From a virus (lineage: Duplodnaviria; Heunggongvirae; Uroviricota; Caudoviricetes), in the IMG/VR virus record IMGVR_UViG_3300045988_125232, positions 1 to 28,227 of that record: 28,227 bases of DNA. One strand, 5' to 3'. Positions 24,817 through 28,227 of the stretch are shown one piece after another (the first letter of the stretch is position 1; each line of letters begins with the position of its first letter). The notes beneath the pieces were generated by a model. It searched no databases. It saw only the letters and a program-made list of their open reading frames with translations, and was not told the DNA's origin. Both the position numbers and the translations under genes were made by a program.

Positions 24817-26641
24817 ATTTGAGCTTAAGGCGTTGATCACCGGTGTCGACAGACTTTCTCCCGCGCTGTCGAAAATGCAAAAGAAAATCCGGGGATTTAA
24901 ACGCCAGGCGGAAGAAGCATCACAGGGTGGGCTGGCGCTTGGTGGCGGACTGGCAGCGGGTCTGACGCTTTCCCTGAAATCTTATGCCGATCAGGAAAAC
25001 GCCGCCACCGGGCTGAAAGTCGCCATGATGGATGCGAACGGCGAGGTCGGAAAGAGCTTTCAGGACATCAATAAACTGGCTATTGGCCTGGGTAACCAGC
25101 TACCCGGTACAACGGCTGATTTCCAGAACATGATGCAGATGCTGGTGCGTCAGGGGATCCCGGCAGAAAATATTCTTGGCGGTGTGGGTAAAGCGACAGC
25201 TTATCTTGCGGTACAACTGAAAAAAACACCGGAAGCGGCTGCTGAGTTTGCTGCAAAGATGCAGGATGCTACCGGAACGGCGTCAGAAGACATGATGGGG
25301 CTGTTCGACACTATCCAGAAGGCGTTTTATCTGGGCGTTGACGATACCAACATGTTGTCCTTCTTCACTAAAACCAGTTCTGTTCTGAAGATGGTGAACA
25401 AGGACGGTCTTCAGGCTGCACAGAGCCTTGCCCCCATCAGCGTCATGATGGATCAGATGGGGATGAACGGGGAGTCGGCAGGTAATGCCCTGCGAAAAGT
25501 TATCCAGTCCGGATTAAGCGTTAAGAAAATCAGGGACGTTAATAAAGTTATGGCCCGCCAGAAACTCGGGGTACAGCTCGATTTTACTGACGGCAAAGGG
25601 AGTTTTGGCGGTCTTGATAACATGTTCAGGCAACTGGCAAAGCTGCGAAAACTGACCGACGTTAAGCGAACCGGTGTACTTAAGGCAATATTTGGTGATG
25701 ATGCCGAAACCCTTCAGGTGGTCAATGCTCTGATCGATAAAGGAAAGGATGGTTACGATCAGATCCAGCAGAAGATGAATAAACAGGCCAGCCTGAATAA
25801 ACGTGTTCAGGCCCAGCTTGGTACGCTGTCCAACCTGTGGGAGGCAATGACGGGGACCGCAACTAACGGCCTTGCGGCTATTGGCGGCGCATTTTCTGGT
25901 GACGTCAAAAATATCACGCAATGGCTGGGGGAGTTAGGGGAAAAATTCACGAAGTTTGCGGATGAAAATCCCCGGGTTATTCGCGGCGTCGTCGGGCTTG
26001 CTGCCGGTCTTGCGATTCTGAAACTGGGATTGATGGGCGTGGGCAGTGCCATCAGTATCGTCAGCAGGATCATGTCGATGACGCCGATTGGCATGATTGC
26101 GACGGCGATTGCCCTGGCTGCGGGATTAATTATCACTAACTGGGATGTTGTCGGACCTTATTTTAAGAAGCTCTGGGAAACCATTAGTCCTTATTTTGAG
26201 GCTGGCTGGGAACTTCTGAAGAAGGTTTTTGCCTGGTCGCCGCTGGGGATGGTGATCAATAACTGGGGACCGGTTGTTAAGTGGTTTCAGGATATGTGGG
26301 ATAAGCTGAAGCCGATTATTGAATGGTTTACCGACAGTTCCGGTGACACGGTCGATGCCATTAACTCGGCGCAGTGGGGCGCGGGTGCTTATGATGCTTA
26401 TGGGACGGGAATACCGCCACGGGGATACACTCCTTATCCGGAGGTGGATCCGGCTCAGGCAAACAACGCCTCCGGTGCCACAGGTCCGAATCCCTTCATG
26501 ATTAATAAAGCTACCGCGCCAAAAGTTGATGGTGAGATCAAGGTATCATTTATAAATATGCCACCAGGTATGCGGGTTACGGAAACACGCTCCAGTGGCA
26601 TTGATATAAATCACGATGTTGGCTATACCCGATTTTGGTAG
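24809..26641 (+). CDS. Tail tape measure protein
   Basis: 610 aa, helical, with Gly/Ala-rich hydrophobic segments in the C-terminal third; position after the chaperone pair. Confidence 0.9.
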   Translation: MAEFELKALITGVDRLSPALSKMQKKIRGFKRQAEEASQGGLALGGGLAAGLTLSLKSYADQENAATGLKVAMMDANGEVGKSFQDINKLAIGLGNQLPGTTADFQNMMQMLVRQGIPAENILGGVGKATAYLAVQLKKTPEAAAEFAAKMQDATGTASEDMMGLFDTIQKAFYLGVDDTNMLSFFTKTSSVLKMVNKDGLQAAQSLAPISVMMDQMGMNGESAGNALRKVIQSGLSVKKIRDVNKVMARQKLGVQLDFTDGKGSFGGLDNMFRQLAKLRKLTDVKRTGVLKAIFGDDAETLQVVNALIDKGKDGYDQIQQKMNKQASLNKRVQAQLGTLSNLWEAMTGTATNGLAAIGGAFSGDVKNITQWLGELGEKFTKFADENPRVIRGVVGLAAGLAILKLGLMGVGSAISIVSRIMSMTPIGMIATAIALAAGLIITNWDVVGPYFKKLWETISPYFEAGWELLKKVFAWSPLGMVINNWGPVVKWFQDMWDKLKPIIEWFTDSSGDTVDAINSAQWGAGAYDAYGTGIPPRGYTPYPEVDPAQANNASGATGPNPFMINKATAPKVDGEIKVSFINMPPGMRVTETRSSGIDINHDVGYTRFW

Positions 26642-26669
26642 CCAGGATTCCCCTCACAGGTATTGCTGG

Positions 26670-26697
26670 TTGTAAGTCATAAATAGAGTGATAGAAT
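26670..26697 (+). promoter_or_regulatory. Candidate sigma70 promoter for the tail-region moron
   Basis: TTGTAA, 16-bp spacer, TAGAAT in the AT-rich gap after the tape-measure stop. Confidence 0.35.
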
Positions 26698-26732
26698 TAA
26701 TGCACATTTAGAAAAATGTTAATAGGCGAAAA

Positions 26733-27263
26733 ATGAAAGGCTATATCACAGCAAGTGTAATTCTTGGAGCAGCGGCTATTTTTTCATCTCTCATAATCTC
26801 TGGCAACATCTCCTTTAAAGATGAACATATTATTCAGTTATCTGGAGGAGCCATAAAACTTGGTGATGTTTATAAAGAAAATAAATTGATAAGTGCAAAG
26901 ATTATTTTTCCAGATAATCAGGGTGAACAGATTCTTGTTGTCGACGGCAATCCTGAAAACTTTAAGGAGGATTTTCAGGAGAAATTAAATAAAGTAATAA
27001 AAACTTTAAATGCGTCAAAGAAAAAAGATGAAGAGAAAGTTAGCCTGGATAATTTAAGTGTTATTGAAGAGTCTAAACTAGAGCTCGTTTCTGCGGTGCG
27101 TTACTCTGCTCAGTATGTTCCTATGTTTACTCTGACGCTGGACAAAAAAGAAATTACCATGCCTAAAAATACGGTAATATTTCCATTTGCCAGCGATGAA
27201 ACAGCTAAGTATTTAAATGAACAACAGCAAAAGTATAAAGATTCGTTGTTTCTGACTCGCTAA
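26733..27263 (+). CDS. Signal-anchored/exported protein of unknown function (moron inside the tail gene cluster)
   Basis: 176-aa ORF with an N-terminal hydrophobic signal or anchor (ITASVILGAAAIFSSLIISG) and a Lys/Glu-rich body. Strongly AT-rich against GC-rich tail genes, with its own promoter-like elements and terminator. Confidence 0.75.
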   Translation: MKGYITASVILGAAAIFSSLIISGNISFKDEHIIQLSGGAIKLGDVYKENKLISAKIIFPDNQGEQILVVDGNPENFKEDFQEKLNKVIKTLNASKKKDEEKVSLDNLSVIEESKLELVSAVRYSAQYVPMFTLTLDKKEITMPKNTVIFPFASDETAKYLNEQQQKYKDSLFLTR

Positions 27264-27281
27264 TTAATAAAATTCATTACA

Positions 27282-27312
27282 AGGCCACCTTCTAATAGGT
27301 GGCTTTTTAATT
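27282..27312 (+). terminator. Rho-independent terminator after the tail-region moron
   Basis: Hairpin GGCCACCT-TCTAAT-AGGTGGC followed by TTTTTAATTTT. Confidence 0.6.
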
Positions 27313-27324
27313 TTCGGAGTATAT

Positions 27325-28227
27325 ATGACGTGGAAAGACAGGCTTCAGGACGCGTCATTTCGCGGCGTGCCGTTTAAGGTTGAAGAAGAAAGTGCGGGAA
27401 CCGGTCGCCGTGTGGAAACACATGAATACCCGAACCGCGACAAACCCTATACCGAAGACCTGGGGAAAATCACTTTTCGCCCGTCCATCACGGATTATGT
27501 GGTGGGAGATGACTGCTTTGACCAGCGCGATCGCCTGATTGAAGCGCTGAATAAACCAGGTCCCGGCACGCTTGTCCACCCGACATATGGTGAGCTGAAA
27601 GTCTGTGTTGACGGGGAAGTTCGGGTCAGCACATCGAAAAGTGAAGGGCGTATTGTCCGCTTTGACCTGAAGTTTGTCGAAGCAGGAGAACTCTCTTACC
27701 CCACATCAGGTGCGGCGACGGCGCAGACGCTGATGTCATCCTGTTCTGCACTGGATGACTGCATCAGTGACAGCTTCAGCGGTTTCAGTATCGATGGTGT
27801 GGCGGATTTCGTGCAGAACGACGTTATCGGTAATGCCAGCATAATGCTGGGGTATGTTTCTGATGCGATGAAAGTGGTGGATTCTGCCGTATCGGATGCC
27901 GCCAGGCTGTTGCAGGGGGATATCTCGGTACTTCTGCCGCCGCCATCGTCAGGCAAAAATTTCGTTGAGCAGGTGCAGAAAATGTGGCGTACCGGGAAAC
28001 GCCTTTATGGTAACGCCAGCGACCTGGTCACCATGATCAAAACGCTTTCTGGTGTCAGCCTCGGCAGCGATTTGCAACCGCGCGGCGTCTGGAAAACGGA
28101 CAGTAAAACCACCGCCACGGCGACGCAGCAGCGTAACGTGGTTGCCAGCACCCTTCGTGCGACCGCAATCAGCGAAGCGGCGTATGCCGTTACCCGATTG
28201 CCTGCGCCAACAACTTCCGCGGTGATG
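27325..28227 (+). CDS. DNA circulation protein (Mu gpN-like), N-terminal part; continues beyond the window
   Basis: ATG at 27325 after a GGAG ribosome-binding site; open to the window end. N-terminus MTWKDRLQDASFRGVPFKVEEESAGTGRRVETHEYPNRDKPYTEDLG matches the conserved N-domain of Mu-type DNA circulation proteins as I recall it. Not in the ORF track because no stop is reached. Confidence 0.8.
   Translation, partial: MTWKDRLQDASFRGVPFKVEEESAGTGRRVETHEYPNRDKPYTEDLGKITFRPSITDYVVGDDCFDQRDRLIEALNKPGPGTLVHPTYGELKVCVDGEVRVSTSKSEGRIVRFDLKFVEAGELSYPTSGAATAQTLMSSCSALDDCISDSFSGFSIDGVADFVQNDVIGNASIMLGYVSDAMKVVDSAVSDAARLLQGDISVLLPPPSSGKNFVEQVQKMWRTGKRLYGNASDLVTMIKTLSGVSLGSDLQPRGVWKTDSKTTATATQQRNVVASTLRATAISEAAYAVTRLPAPTTSAVM

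Noticed and set aside
27355-27956. Minus-strand ORFs 27355-27579 and 27696-27956
   Set aside because: They are antisense to the clearly recognisable DNA-circulation protein gene that begins at 27325.
1-28227. Insertion sequences or transposase genes
   Set aside because: No transposase-like ORF or terminal inverted repeats were seen; the only recombinase is the phage integrase.

Overview
The window is one strand-organised segment of a temperate enterobacterial prophage, running from its integration end into the tail module. All calls rest on reading the ORF translations for motifs and on gene order; no database search was run. Layout: a 46-nt tRNA-Thr 3' segment (att core, 397-442); P22-type integrase and excisionase; a leftward early operon (two small proteins and an HD-domain hydrolase); an AT-rich single-gene moron; CI repressor and a Cro-like gene around operator dyads; a replication initiator with internal iterons; a nin-like region (PerC-like regulator, Dam-type methyltransferase, LexA-DBD-only protein, RusA, KilA-N protein, DUF968/HNH-like protein); Q antiterminator with a downstream promoter and terminator; an acidic moron; the lysis cassette (holin, lambda-R-like endolysin, Rz/Rz1); HNH endonuclease, P27-family small and large terminase; HK97-type portal, protease and capsid; head-tail adaptors; then a Mu-type contractile tail (sheath, tube, frameshifted chaperone, tape measure, start of the DNA-circulation protein). 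The structural genes look ordinary. The candidates for something undescribed are four AT-rich, self-contained cassettes inserted at classic moron positions: 3464-4060 next to the repressor, 12021-12356 after Q, 13989-14213 after the lysis genes, and 26733-27263 between tape measure and baseplate genes. Two of them share a hairpin that would sequester the ribosome-binding site. I cannot tell from sequence alone which, if any, is a real defence or exclusion function. Coordinates of small DNA motifs may be off by 1-2 nt.
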